Assembly (NCBI GenBank): GCA_963668315.1
Contig: OY764216.1
Coordinates: 3,200,001-3,264,000, forward strand
Length of the DNA: 64,000 nt
Direction of reading: 5' to 3'
Source of the DNA: Spirochaetia bacterium
GTDB lineage: Bacteria; Spirochaetota; Spirochaetia; DSM-2461
The notes beneath the pieces are model-generated. The model searched no databases and was not told the DNA's origin. It was given only the letters and a program-made list of their open reading frames with translations. Shown here in pieces: positions 38,155 to 48,418 of this stretch; within the stretch, counting starts at the first letter, position 1, and each line of letters begins with the position of its first letter. The translations under genes and the position numbers were made by a program.

Positions 38155-38646
38155 TCAGGCCTTCTGCCCGGAATACTCCAGAACCTCATCAACTTTGTAT
38201 TCAACGGGAATACCCGCCTGGCGGAACATCTCTTCCGATTCGGCCCCCGCATGGTAGCGTCTCTCGCAGACCACCCGGGAAATACCGCAGGAAATGATGA
38301 GCATACAGCAGACACGGCAGGGTGTCATGCGGCAGTAAAGGGTCGCCCCGTCCAGGGATATGCCCCTTTTGGCGGCCTGGCATATGGCATTCTGCTCGGC
38401 ATGAATGGTGCGGACGCAGTGCTGGGTTACCGAGCCGTCCTCGTGTATTGTCTTTTTAAACTGATGGCCCGCTTCGTCGCAGTGGGGCAGCCCCGGGGGA
38501 GATCCTACATAACCGGTAACGAGAAGCTGGTTGTCCCTGGCAATGACACAGCCCGAACGGCCGCGGTCGCATGTGGCCCTTTTGGCAATGGCGTCGCAGA
38601 CTTCCATGAAATAGTCGTCCCAGGTGGGTCTGATATATTCGGACAA
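38155..38646 (-). CDS. dCMP deaminase (ComEB-like, Zn-binding)
   Basis: RPTWDDYF, RATCDR, HAEQNA, PCRVC. Confidence 0.92.
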   Translation of the reverse strand: MSEYIRPTWDDYFMEVCDAIAKRATCDRGRSGCVIARDNQLLVTGYVGSPPGLPHCDEAGHQFKKTIHEDGSVTQHCVRTIHAEQNAICQAAKRGISLDGATLYCRMTPCRVCCMLIISCGISRVVCERRYHAGAESEEMFRQAGIPVEYKVDEVLEYSGQKA

Positions 38647-38706
38647 AGGGGTTCCTCCGTATTCTCCAAAGGGAGATTTCCTGTTATCATAGCATGGGTG
38701 ACAAAT

Positions 38707-39063
38707 ATGAACAATGAATTCTTAAGACAATACAAAAGAATAGGAAAGGCCTGCGGCTGGGATTTCTCCGGGAAAGAGGGAGAACTGAAGGAAGTGCTGG
38801 TCCATCTGACCGGAAAATTTCCCGAGGATATGTCGTGGGAAATCGCAGAAAATATCCTGGCCGGAGAGAATCTGGAATTGGAAGTCCAGAAGGGCGTTGA
38901 TATTCAGGATCTCCATAACGGGGAACTGAATGAATCGCAGTCCGTTCTGACTGAGAAGGACTGGCAGTTTCTCAAGGAAATCGTCAATGTCTATGCGGCG
39001 GAACTGGATATGGAATGGGTCACATACTTCATGCAGATCCTTCTGGACAGGGAGATCATATAA
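38707..39063 (+). CDS. hypothetical protein (alternative GTG start at 38698)
   Basis: 3' part of track ORF 38251..39063 that does not overlap the deaminase; acidic helical protein; TGnTATCAT upstream. Confidence 0.65.
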   Translation: MNNEFLRQYKRIGKACGWDFSGKEGELKEVLVHLTGKFPEDMSWEIAENILAGENLELEVQKGVDIQDLHNGELNESQSVLTEKDWQFLKEIVNVYAAELDMEWVTYFMQILLDREII

Positions 39064-39085
39064 ATTAAAAAATAACAAAAATACT

Positions 39086-39114
39086 TTGACAATTTTACCA
39101 CGCCCTTCTAAACT
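39086..39114 (+). promoter_or_regulatory. sigma70 promoter of the glycogen operon
   Basis: TTGACA-17bp-TAAACT preceded by A-tracts. Confidence 0.7.
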
Positions 39115-39171
39115 GAAGTATAAGCCCGGGAGGGCGTGAACCATATTTATAATCCCTTCGGGAGGGAATGA

Positions 39172-40437
39172 ATGAACAAAGTGATGACTATTATTCTTGG
39201 TGGCGGAAAAGGGTCCCGTCTATATCCCCTTACTATGGAAAGGGCGAAGCCCGCCGTTCCTTTCGGAGCGAAATTCCGCTTGATCGATGTTCCCATTTCC
39301 AACAGTATCAATTCGGGGATGAATCAGATTTATATTCTGACCCAGTTTGAATCGGCTTCCCTGAATAAACACATCAGCCAGTCCTACCGTTTTGACTCAT
39401 TTTCCGGAGGATTCGTAGAGATCCTGGCTGCCTCCCAGAACTATAATAACAACGGCTGGTACGAGGGAACGGCCGATGCGGTTAGAAAAAACTTCAGCCG
39501 GTTCCATCCCCATAAGCCCGATACCTATCTTATCCTCTCCGGTGATCAGCTTTATAAAATGGATATCGTTGACTTCATGAGAAAGCATTTTGAAAGCGGG
39601 GCGGATATCAGCATCGCCGCGACGCCGGTCACACGGGGCGACGCGGAAGGACTGGGAATCCTGAAAATCGATGATAAGGGAAGAATCACCAATTTCGTGG
39701 AAAAGCCTTCCGCCGATCAGGATATATCCGATCTGCGGGTTCCCGGTAAGAATGAAGATCCCCGCAAGGAGTATCTGGCATCCATGGGTATCTATATCTT
39801 CAATGCCTCGGCGATGGAGAAGTGCCTGAATAACGACTTTACCGATTTCGGGCACCAGGTCATTCCCGAAGCGATCAATACCCACAAGGTTCAGTCCTAT
39901 GTCTACAACGGCTACTGGGAAGATATCGGTACCATACGGAACTTCTACGAAGCCAATCTGAATATGGCGTCCCCTCTGCCCAACTACAACCTGTACGATG
40001 AGGACAACCCCGTATACACCCATATGAGAAATCTCCCTCCCTCCAAAATGCTGGCCTGCAGTTTCAACAACGCCATGGCGGCCGAGGGATCCATTATCAG
40101 CAACTCTTCCATCAGCAACTCCCTCATAGGAATCAGAACCATTATCCGCCAGGGCGCTTCCCTCGACGGCGTCTACATTATGGGAGCCGATCAGTATGAA
40201 ACGGATCAGGACAAGGAAGAGAACAGGGAGAAGGGTATCCCCCATATCGGAATCGGTGCGGGGACGGTCATTAAAGGGGCCATCATAGATAAAAACGCCC
40301 GGATAGGAAGCAATTGCCGGTTGGGAATCGACTCCAACAGGGATAGAACCGATGGTGATTACGGGTACTACCACATAGTGGATAATATCATCATCATTCA
40401 TAAGGACGCGGTTATTCACGACGGCACGGTCATCTAG
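39172..40437 (+). CDS. glgC: glucose-1-phosphate adenylyltransferase
   Basis: GGGKGSRLYPLT..RAKPAVP, GTADAVR, LSGDQLY, ASMGIY, YWEDIGT. Confidence 0.96.
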   Translation: MNKVMTIILGGGKGSRLYPLTMERAKPAVPFGAKFRLIDVPISNSINSGMNQIYILTQFESASLNKHISQSYRFDSFSGGFVEILAASQNYNNNGWYEGTADAVRKNFSRFHPHKPDTYLILSGDQLYKMDIVDFMRKHFESGADISIAATPVTRGDAEGLGILKIDDKGRITNFVEKPSADQDISDLRVPGKNEDPRKEYLASMGIYIFNASAMEKCLNNDFTDFGHQVIPEAINTHKVQSYVYNGYWEDIGTIRNFYEANLNMASPLPNYNLYDEDNPVYTHMRNLPPSKMLACSFNNAMAAEGSIISNSSISNSLIGIRTIIRQGASLDGVYIMGADQYETDQDKEENREKGIPHIGIGAGTVIKGAIIDKNARIGSNCRLGIDSNRDRTDGDYGYYHIVDNIIIIHKDAVIHDGTVI

Positions 40438-40448
40438 GCGGGTGCGGC

Positions 40449-42434
40449 GTGAAGGGAACGATGATTCATGAAGATCCTTATCTGTCCCCTTACCGGCACC
40501 AGCTTAAGGAAAGGTTCCATAGGCATTTTCACAAAAAAAAGGAATTAGCCGGAAAAGGCACCCTGGAGGAGTTCGCCAGGGGGTATGAGTGGTACGGAAT
40601 ACAGCGTAAGGCGGGGGGATGGACCCTCCGTGAGTGGCTCCCCCGGGCAACGGAGGTCTTTCTTCTATTCAACGGCAGCGGCTGGTCTCCCCTGAATGAG
40701 TGGCGCTTTTCCCGGCGTGAGAATTCGGAGGACTGGGAGCTTTTTGTATCCGACGAATTTCTTGCCCCCGGAGATCATCTGAAGCTTCTCGTGCGATGGG
40801 AAGGGGGGGAGGGTGTCCGGCTTCCCGCCTATACATTCCTTTCCCACCAGGACAGCAGGACCTATGAGTTTACCGCCCGGGCCTATGAAGCGGGGCATTT
40901 CGACTGGAAAATCAGGGATTTTCGCCCCTCCGCTCCGCTGCTTATCTATGAGACTCACATCGGAATGGCCCCCGAGGAGGGAAAGGTCGGTTCCTTTGAG
41001 GAGTTTCGCACCGATACCCTTCCGAGAATAATGAAAGCCGGCTATAACGCTGTGCAGATCATGGCTCTCATGGAACACCCCTATTACGGTTCCTTCGGGT
41101 ACCAGGTCTCCAGCTTTTTCGCTCTCTCAAGCCGCTTCGGGTCTCCGGAGAGTTTCAAAAGGCTGGTGGATGAGTGTCACGAAAAGGGTCTCGCGGTGAT
41201 AATGGATCTTGTCCATAGCCACGGGGTGAAAAACCAGATTGAAGGTTTAAGCCATCAGGACGGAACGGAATACGCCTATTTCCATTCCGGCCCCCGGGGC
41301 AACCACCCCGCCTGGGATTCCCGCTGTTTTGACTACGGGAAAAATCAGGTTCTTCATTTCCTCCTGTCCAACTGCGCCTGGTGGCTGAAAGAGTATAATC
41401 TGGACGGATTTCGTTTCGACGGCGTGACCAGCATGCTCTACTATGACCACGGGCTGGGCAACTGCTTTGATCATTATGACAAGTATTTCGGGGGCAATGT
41501 GGACGGGGAGGCTATCACCTACCTCTCCCTGGCCAACGAGCTTATCCACGAAATTAAACCCGGGGCTCTGACCATCGCGGAAGATATGAGCGGAATGCCC
41601 GGCATGGCCCGACCCCTGGAGGTGGGAGGTATCGGCTTTGATTACCGCCTGACCATGGGAATTCCCGATTACTGGATAAAGCTGCTCAAGGAGAAGGATG
41701 ACAAGTTCTGGAATGTCGATGAGCTCTGGGGCACCCTGAACAACCGGAGGTTCACCGAGAAGCACATAGCCTATGCCGAAAGCCACGACCAGGCTCTGGT
41801 GGGGGATAAGACCATAGCCTTCCGGCTGATGGACGCCGAAATGTATACCCATATGTCAAAGGATACCCCTTCCCTTGTCATTGACAGGGGAATGGCCCTG
41901 CATAAGATGATCCGTCTCCTGACCTTCTCTCTGGGGGGAGACGGCTACATGAATTTCATGGGTAACGAATTCGGCCATCCCGAATGGATCGATTTCCCCC
42001 GGGAGGGGAACGGCTGGAGCTACCACTACGCCAGAAGGCAGTGGTCTCTTGCTGAAAATGACTTCCTCCGCTACTCCCAGCTGGGTGCTTTCGACCGGAA
42101 CATGGTCTCCCTCTGCGCCCCCTCCCTCACGGATAAATATGCGAAAAAAGTGTTGAGTCATGTATCCGATCAGGTCCTGGTCTACACAAGGGGACCGCTT
42201 TTGTATATATTTAACTTGAGTCCGGAACGATCCTATCCGGATTACGCCGTGTATCCCGAAGAGGGGCGTTATCGTCTGGTCCTATCAACCGACGACGAAC
42301 AGTACGGCGGCTGGAACAGGATTCCCGGGGATTTGCAATTTGAGATAAGGATAAGGTCGGAAGGAGCGGTTCTTTACCTTCCCGCTCGTACGGCTCAGGT
42401 TTTTATAAATGACAAGGGAACTGAAGACAGATAG
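40449..42434 (+). CDS. glgB: 1,4-alpha-glucan branching enzyme (eukaryote-like, GH13_8-type)
   Basis: EHPYYGSFGYQV, WDSRCFDY, FRFDGVTSMLY, AESHDQALVGDKT, NEFGHPEWIDFPR. Confidence 0.93.
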   Translation: MKGTMIHEDPYLSPYRHQLKERFHRHFHKKKELAGKGTLEEFARGYEWYGIQRKAGGWTLREWLPRATEVFLLFNGSGWSPLNEWRFSRRENSEDWELFVSDEFLAPGDHLKLLVRWEGGEGVRLPAYTFLSHQDSRTYEFTARAYEAGHFDWKIRDFRPSAPLLIYETHIGMAPEEGKVGSFEEFRTDTLPRIMKAGYNAVQIMALMEHPYYGSFGYQVSSFFALSSRFGSPESFKRLVDECHEKGLAVIMDLVHSHGVKNQIEGLSHQDGTEYAYFHSGPRGNHPAWDSRCFDYGKNQVLHFLLSNCAWWLKEYNLDGFRFDGVTSMLYYDHGLGNCFDHYDKYFGGNVDGEAITYLSLANELIHEIKPGALTIAEDMSGMPGMARPLEVGGIGFDYRLTMGIPDYWIKLLKEKDDKFWNVDELWGTLNNRRFTEKHIAYAESHDQALVGDKTIAFRLMDAEMYTHMSKDTPSLVIDRGMALHKMIRLLTFSLGGDGYMNFMGNEFGHPEWIDFPREGNGWSYHYARRQWSLAENDFLRYSQLGAFDRNMVSLCAPSLTDKYAKKVLSHVSDQVLVYTRGPLLYIFNLSPERSYPDYAVYPEEGRYRLVLSTDDEQYGGWNRIPGDLQFEIRIRSEGAVLYLPARTAQVFINDKGTEDR

Positions 42435-44361
42435 GGAATGGCTTGAAACGAACGGTATGGGCGGATTCGCTTCGTCCACCGAGGGGGACTGCCCCACAAG
42501 GAAGTATCACGGACTTCTGGTAACGCCCCTGGAAGGGCAGGAAGGGCGCTTCATGCTTCTGAATGAGGCGCAGATGATTCTTGATGAGGCCGACGGCCTG
42601 GCTCTGGGGAGCTTTCACTATCCCGGCGCTGTTCATCCCCGGGGGTATCTCTATCTGGAGTCATTCAGCCCCGACCCCTTTCCCACATGGATCTACGCCA
42701 AAGACGGGTACCGCATCAAAAAGGAGATCTTCATGCGCCAGGGAGATCCGGCGGTTTATGCGGCATGGACGCTTCTGGACCAGCCTGGTGGACCCGTTCT
42801 GCGCGGGGTAAAGGCGCGTATTCGCCTGCTCTGCACATTCAGGAACAGCCACCACCTGGCCAGTGAAAACGAAGATCTTTTCGATGAGGTGACGCCCGTA
42901 CCCCAGGGGTTTTCCATCAGTCCCTACTATGGTCTTCCCTTCCTGTGCTTTCAATTTTCCGAGGAGTTTAACCGGGAAGGGGAATTTTACTGGGACAGGA
43001 ATATCCAGTATCCTATGGAGAGGAGAAGGGGATTCGACTTTACCGAGGACCGCTTCGTTCCCGGTGACGTTACCTTGACCCTGAACCGTGATATCCCCTT
43101 TATTATGCAGGCCTCACTCAGCGCCCAGGACGATAAGGTTCAGGCTCTTCTTCTCAATAATTACAATGATGAGATTAAATCGCGGCGCAAGAGACTGCGC
43201 AGAGCCAAGACTCCCTGGAAGCGGCTGGAAGAGCAGTCCCGCCATTTTCTGGTGACCAACGGTGCGGGTCTGCTCTCCGTCGTGGCCGGTTATCCCTGGT
43301 TCGGCGAATGGGGCAGGGATACGATGATCGCCCTTCCCGGGCTCCTTTTCGCCACTCAGCCCGAGAAAGGGGCCCAGGTCCTCTGCGACTACGCCGCCCA
43401 TATAGAGAAAGGCCTGATCCCGAATACTCTGGGAGAGATGCAGGGGTTTACCTCCTATAACTCCCTGGACGGAAGCCTGCTCTATCTGCGGGCACTGGCC
43501 CTTCTCATGAAGGAAGGATTCGGGGAAAAGTCCGTGGAGAGGGACGTTCTGAAAAACGAGCTGTTCCCGGCGGTAAAAAAAATTGTCGACGCGTTTCTGG
43601 AGGGCAAGGTTCCCATGGCCCGTCTCACCGAAGAGGGGCTTCTCGAGGCCGGTTCGGAAAGGACGCAGTTAACCTGGATGGATGCCATGGTCGACGGTAA
43701 ACCGGTGACGCCGCGCCACGGGCTGGCCGTTGACCTCAACGCGCTCTGGTACGCCGGTCTCCGCCTCTACCAGGATATGTGCAGAACTTTCAGAAAGCCC
43801 TTTCCCCGCAAGGCCAGGCAGATACTGGAAAAGTTCCCCCTCCATTTCATGGATACCTTCTACCTGCCCGAATCGGGGTATCTGACCGATACGGTTTGCT
43901 ACGGCAGGCCCGACGGGAAACTCAGGCCCAATATGCTGTTCGCCACGGCCCTGGGACTTCTCCCCGAAAAGGAAGGGAAAGAGGTGGTGGCCATGGCCAG
44001 GAAATATCTGCTCACTCCCCTGGGAATGAGAACCCTGTCGCCCGGGGACCCCCAGTTCGCCCCTGTTTACGAAGGCGGCGGAGAGGAGAGGGACAGTGTA
44101 TACCACCAGGGAACGGTCTGGCCCTGGCCCCTCGGCATCATGATCGAATCCGCCCTGGCCTATAGTGAAGACAGGGACAAGGAAAAACTGTATTGGAAAG
44201 AGTATCTTGATAACTTTTTGGCTATTCATCTGGATCATCAGGGGATAGATTCCGTATCCGAAGTCTTCGATGGATTAAATCCCCTCGAAGGAAAAGGCTG
44301 TTTCGCCCAGGCATGGAGCGTGGGCGAACTATTGCGTTCATGGAGAATGATAAATGGATAA
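42409..44361 (+). CDS. amylo-alpha-1,6-glucosidase (GH133-type)
   Basis: EWLETNGMGGFAS, AGYPWFGEWGRDTMI, LTWMDA, YHQGTVWPW, QAWSVGE. Confidence 0.9.
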   Translation: MTRELKTDREWLETNGMGGFASSTEGDCPTRKYHGLLVTPLEGQEGRFMLLNEAQMILDEADGLALGSFHYPGAVHPRGYLYLESFSPDPFPTWIYAKDGYRIKKEIFMRQGDPAVYAAWTLLDQPGGPVLRGVKARIRLLCTFRNSHHLASENEDLFDEVTPVPQGFSISPYYGLPFLCFQFSEEFNREGEFYWDRNIQYPMERRRGFDFTEDRFVPGDVTLTLNRDIPFIMQASLSAQDDKVQALLLNNYNDEIKSRRKRLRRAKTPWKRLEEQSRHFLVTNGAGLLSVVAGYPWFGEWGRDTMIALPGLLFATQPEKGAQVLCDYAAHIEKGLIPNTLGEMQGFTSYNSLDGSLLYLRALALLMKEGFGEKSVERDVLKNELFPAVKKIVDAFLEGKVPMARLTEEGLLEAGSERTQLTWMDAMVDGKPVTPRHGLAVDLNALWYAGLRLYQDMCRTFRKPFPRKARQILEKFPLHFMDTFYLPESGYLTDTVCYGRPDGKLRPNMLFATALGLLPEKEGKEVVAMARKYLLTPLGMRTLSPGDPQFAPVYEGGGEERDSVYHQGTVWPWPLGIMIESALAYSEDRDKEKLYWKEYLDNFLAIHLDHQGIDSVSEVFDGLNPLEGKGCFAQAWSVGELLRSWRMING

Positions 44362-46810
44362 GAAGCAGGAAGGAATGAGCGGTAAGGACAGTATTATTAA
44401 GGCCTATTGCTCGCATATGAAGTATAACCTGTCCATGGGAGTGGAAGAGTGCGACGACATCGATAAATATATATCCCTGGCCTATGCTGTCAGAGACAGA
44501 ATTATAGACCGCTGGTTTGAGACGAGAACAAAAGACAAAGAGGAGAAGGGGAAATCGGTTAACTATTTTTCCTTCGAATTCCTCATGGGCCGTGCCCTGA
44601 CCAATAACATGATCAATCTGGGCATAGCCGATGATGTCTTTCAGGCCCTGCCCGAACTGGGGATCGACTGGCAGGAGCTCCAGGATGCCATAAAGGACAG
44701 CGGCCTGGGAAACGGCGGCCTGGGAAGGCTGGCCGCCTGTTTTCTCGACTCCCTTGCTACTCTGGGATATCCGGCTTACGGCTACGGTCTCCGGTATAAG
44801 TACGGTTTTTTCAAGCAGGATATTCAGAACGGCTACCAGGTGGAAGAGGCGGACGACTGGCTCAGAAACGGTAACCCCTGGGAGATCAAGCGCTACGATC
44901 TGGGCGTAACCGTGAAATTCGGCGGCCGGGTGGCGCGGAACAAAATGGGCCGGAGCTTTTGGGTGGAGACGGAGAAGGTGGCGGGCGTGCCCTATGATAC
45001 CCCCGTCGTCGGCTACGGCGGAGACCGGGTTAATACTCTTCGCCTCTGGGATGCCCGCAGCGTGGAGGATTTCGATTTTCAGGATTTCAACAAGGGAAAT
45101 TACGACGCCTCCATTGATGACAGGGTGAAGGCGGAAACCCTGACCATGGTCCTCTATCCGAATGATGAGATCAGCGAAGGGGTGGAGCTGAGGTTCAAGC
45201 AGCAGTATTTCTTCGTCAGCTGTTCCCTGCAGGATATCTTCAGAAGGTTCAAAGCCATGGATCTTCCCCTGGACCAGTTCCCCGAAAAAATGGCTGTCCA
45301 GCTGAACGACACCCATCCGGCCATCGCCGTGGCCGAGCTCATGCGTCTTCTGATTGATATTGAGCAGCTTGAGTGGGAGGAAGCCTGGGACATCACGATA
45401 AGGACCATGGGGTACACCAACCATACCCTGATGCCCGAAGCTCTGGAGACCTGGTCGGTGGAGCTTTTCGAGAAATTCCTGCCCCGCCATCTGGAAATCA
45501 TCTATCAGATAAATCATTTCTTCATGCAGGATGTGGCGGGAAGTTTCCCCGGGGATTTCGATAAGATGGAAAGACTCAGCCTTATTTCGGAAAAGGGAGG
45601 AAAAAGGGTCAGGATGGCCCATCTGGCTATTCTCGGTTCCCACTCCGTAAACGGCGTGGCGGCCCTGCACTCCCGGCTGATCAAGGAGAATCTTGTCCCC
45701 GACTTCTACGGATATTTTCCCGAAAGGTTCAATAACAAGACGAACGGCATAACCCAGAGAAGATGGCTTTTGAAATCGAACAAACCCCTGGCCGATCTGA
45801 TTACCGGTGCCATCGGTGATAAATGGATTACCGATCTTTACGAGCTCCAGCGTTTGAAAGATTATAAGAATGACGAGGGCTTTCTCGAGGAACTGAGAAA
45901 GGTCAAGAGGGCGGGCAAGGAGACACTGGCCGTACACTGCAAGAGACAGTTCGATATTACTTTGGATCCGGACACCCTTTTCGATGTCCAGGTTAAACGA
46001 ATCCATGAGTACAAAAGGCAGCTTCTCAACCTGCTTCACGTGGTCGCCCTCTATAACCGGATACGCCAGGGTGAGGAGATCCAGCCCAGGACCGTTATTT
46101 TCAGCGGAAAAGCGGCTCCGGGATACTTCATGGCTAAACTGATAATCAAGCTGATCAATAATGTGGCCTCCGTGATTAACGGTGACAAAAAAGCCCGCCA
46201 GATGCTGCACATGCATTTTCTTCCCAATTATTCCGTCTCTCTGGCCGAGATGATTTTTCCTGCCGCCGATCTCTCCGAACAGATATCCACTGCGGGAACC
46301 GAGGCTTCCGGTACGGGAAATATGAAGTTCATACTCAACGGAGCGCTCACCATGGGAACTCTTGACGGAGCGAATATAGAGATTCTGGAGGAAGTCGGCC
46401 AGGAGAATATGTTCATATTCGGCCTGAAAGCCCATGAGGTGGAAGGATTGAAGGGCCATTATGATCCGATGGAGTATCTCCTTGAAAGCCATGAATTGAA
46501 AAGCGCCATGGAGCTCATAAACAGTAACTATTTCAATATCAGCGAGCGGGGGATATTCAAGCCCCTGACCGACAATCTGATGAATCATGACTACTATATG
46601 CACTTTGCCGATTTCGCTTCCTACGCCGAAGCCCAGAGAAAGGCCGAGGCCTATTACAGGGACAAGGACAGCTGGACCCGTTCCTCCCTTATGAATATCG
46701 CCGGATCGGGAAAATTTTCTTCCGACCGGACCATTCGGGAATACGCCGAGCAGATATGGAAAATCCAGTCCTGTCCCGTGGGGAAAGGTAAGGTGAATGG
46801 GAATTCCTGA
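44354..46810 (+). CDS. glgP: glycogen phosphorylase
   Basis: GLGNGGLGRLAAC, LNDTHP, KRIHEYKRQ, EASGTGNMKF, FSSDRTI. Confidence 0.97.
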   Translation: MDKKQEGMSGKDSIIKAYCSHMKYNLSMGVEECDDIDKYISLAYAVRDRIIDRWFETRTKDKEEKGKSVNYFSFEFLMGRALTNNMINLGIADDVFQALPELGIDWQELQDAIKDSGLGNGGLGRLAACFLDSLATLGYPAYGYGLRYKYGFFKQDIQNGYQVEEADDWLRNGNPWEIKRYDLGVTVKFGGRVARNKMGRSFWVETEKVAGVPYDTPVVGYGGDRVNTLRLWDARSVEDFDFQDFNKGNYDASIDDRVKAETLTMVLYPNDEISEGVELRFKQQYFFVSCSLQDIFRRFKAMDLPLDQFPEKMAVQLNDTHPAIAVAELMRLLIDIEQLEWEEAWDITIRTMGYTNHTLMPEALETWSVELFEKFLPRHLEIIYQINHFFMQDVAGSFPGDFDKMERLSLISEKGGKRVRMAHLAILGSHSVNGVAALHSRLIKENLVPDFYGYFPERFNNKTNGITQRRWLLKSNKPLADLITGAIGDKWITDLYELQRLKDYKNDEGFLEELRKVKRAGKETLAVHCKRQFDITLDPDTLFDVQVKRIHEYKRQLLNLLHVVALYNRIRQGEEIQPRTVIFSGKAAPGYFMAKLIIKLINNVASVINGDKKARQMLHMHFLPNYSVSLAEMIFPAADLSEQISTAGTEASGTGNMKFILNGALTMGTLDGANIEILEEVGQENMFIFGLKAHEVEGLKGHYDPMEYLLESHELKSAMELINSNYFNISERGIFKPLTDNLMNHDYYMHFADFASYAEAQRKAEAYYRDKDSWTRSSLMNIAGSGKFSSDRTIREYAEQIWKIQSCPVGKGKVNGNS

Positions 46811-48407
46811 CAGAAAAGCCTTACAGCCCTTTACCGCCGTCCTGTGGGGGGATGAGGAAGAGCAGAAGCGTCTTCCCACGGAAAAGCTGACCCGCCTGGA
46901 AGGAAATCGATCGTACCGAATCCGTGTCGACGTCAATCACTCTCTGTCCAGCCGCGTCTTTCTTTCGGGGAATTTGGAGGGAGAAGAGTTCAAAAGCTAC
47001 CCCATGACCCAGTGCCAGGACAATAGGAACTGCTGGGTCTATGAAGGTATGTTTCCCGTGGGAGGTTTTCTTTCCCTGACCTTTTTCATGGAAAATGACG
47101 AAGGACGGTTCTGGGACCCCTGCGGCTACAGGAATATTCTGGTTGATCCTCCCCTGATGAATAATCTGCGCATGTACTCCTTTATTCCGGGAGTCTCGGG
47201 ACGCTATACTCACTGGATTAAAGACCTGGATCATATCCGGGAGATGGGATTCAATGCGATTCATCTTCTGCCCCTGACCGAGATGGGTTACACCAGGAGT
47301 CCCTACGCGGCAAAGGACCTTTTTTCCATAGACGAATCCTACGGTACGGAAGAGGAGTTCGAGCGCTTTGTCAACGCCTGTATAGAGAAGGAAATCGCCC
47401 TCTGCTTTGACGTCGTTCTAAACCACGTCAGCTGTGATTCCAGGATGGCCCTGACGAAAGCCAACTGGATAAAGGGAGATCTCCGCCGCCGCGACGGAAT
47501 GAAGCGGGCAGGCTGCTGGCATGAAGGGCAGTGGATCTCATGGGAGGAGCTTGTCCTTATCGATTACCAGCATCCCGATCCCCGCACCAGGCGGGAGATT
47601 TGGGACTCCATGAGGGACTACCTTTTCCACTGGGCTTCTCTGGCCGAGAAAACCGGAGGATTCATCCGCCTGGATAATCTCCACTCCTCCCATCAGGGTT
47701 TTATCCATAAAGTCCTGAGGGAGTTGCGCTATGCATATCCCCGGGTGGGCATTTTTTCCGAGTTTTTCCACTCCCTGGAAGAGCTGCACCGGGGCGTTAG
47801 TGAATGGGGCCTCAACCTGCTCCTGGCAAACAGCTGGGAATACCCCTTTGTTCCCCAGCTCATAGGATATCTCAAGGAGATCCACTCCTCTGCGGAATTG
47901 CGCTTTCTGCTGATGCCCACCACCCACGACACGGAAAGTGTCACACGATTATTCGGCGATCCCCGTTCCCTCATTCCCCGCTATTTTGTCTGCGCTCTCA
48001 TGGGAACCGGTCAGGCGGGTCTTATGATGGGCACCGAGTGGGGCGAACCGGAAAAAATCGATTTTATCAACCGTTCCGGGAGAATGCAGTTCAACCGGGC
48101 CTGGGATTTTTCCGAGACCCTGGGAAAGATCAACAAGCTGCACAGGGAGGTCCCCCTATTCCATAAAACGGGAAATATCGAGTTTCTCCCCACCACGACG
48201 GACAGCCTTATCGTCTGCCGCAGGGAAGGAGACGGGAGCAGAAGAAAATTTCTGCTGGCGGCGAATTTTGATATTTATAATGAAAGGGAATTCCACTATA
48301 ATGAACGCGTTGAGGTAATCATGGAAGCCGGGGGCCGTCTCGAAGGAAAAGAGTGGGGCTCCCGTATCATCCTCTCCCCCTGCGGAGTGGTCGTACTTGA
48401 AATTTGA
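46797..48407 (+). CDS. GH13 protein resembling the 4-alpha-glucanotransferase half of the eukaryotic glycogen debranching enzyme
   Basis: GFNAIHLLPL..SPYA, DVVLNH, IRLDNLHS, SEFF, PTTHDTE. Confidence 0.75.
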   Translation: MGIPDRKALQPFTAVLWGDEEEQKRLPTEKLTRLEGNRSYRIRVDVNHSLSSRVFLSGNLEGEEFKSYPMTQCQDNRNCWVYEGMFPVGGFLSLTFFMENDEGRFWDPCGYRNILVDPPLMNNLRMYSFIPGVSGRYTHWIKDLDHIREMGFNAIHLLPLTEMGYTRSPYAAKDLFSIDESYGTEEEFERFVNACIEKEIALCFDVVLNHVSCDSRMALTKANWIKGDLRRRDGMKRAGCWHEGQWISWEELVLIDYQHPDPRTRREIWDSMRDYLFHWASLAEKTGGFIRLDNLHSSHQGFIHKVLRELRYAYPRVGIFSEFFHSLEELHRGVSEWGLNLLLANSWEYPFVPQLIGYLKEIHSSAELRFLLMPTTHDTESVTRLFGDPRSLIPRYFVCALMGTGQAGLMMGTEWGEPEKIDFINRSGRMQFNRAWDFSETLGKINKLHREVPLFHKTGNIEFLPTTTDSLIVCRREGDGSRRKFLLAANFDIYNEREFHYNERVEVIMEAGGRLEGKEWGSRIILSPCGVVVLEI

Positions 48408-48418
48408 AAGGAGATGGC

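Noticed and set aside
38155..38646. Antiphage dCTP deaminase
   Set aside because: Only 163 aa with no kinase-like domain; fits the housekeeping ComEB type
44222..46936. 904-aa antisense ORF over glgP, and similar ones over typA (19261-21096), ligA (31136-32617) and glgC (39397-40419)
   Set aside because: Shadow ORFs on the opposite strand of well-supported genes, with no recognisable motifs
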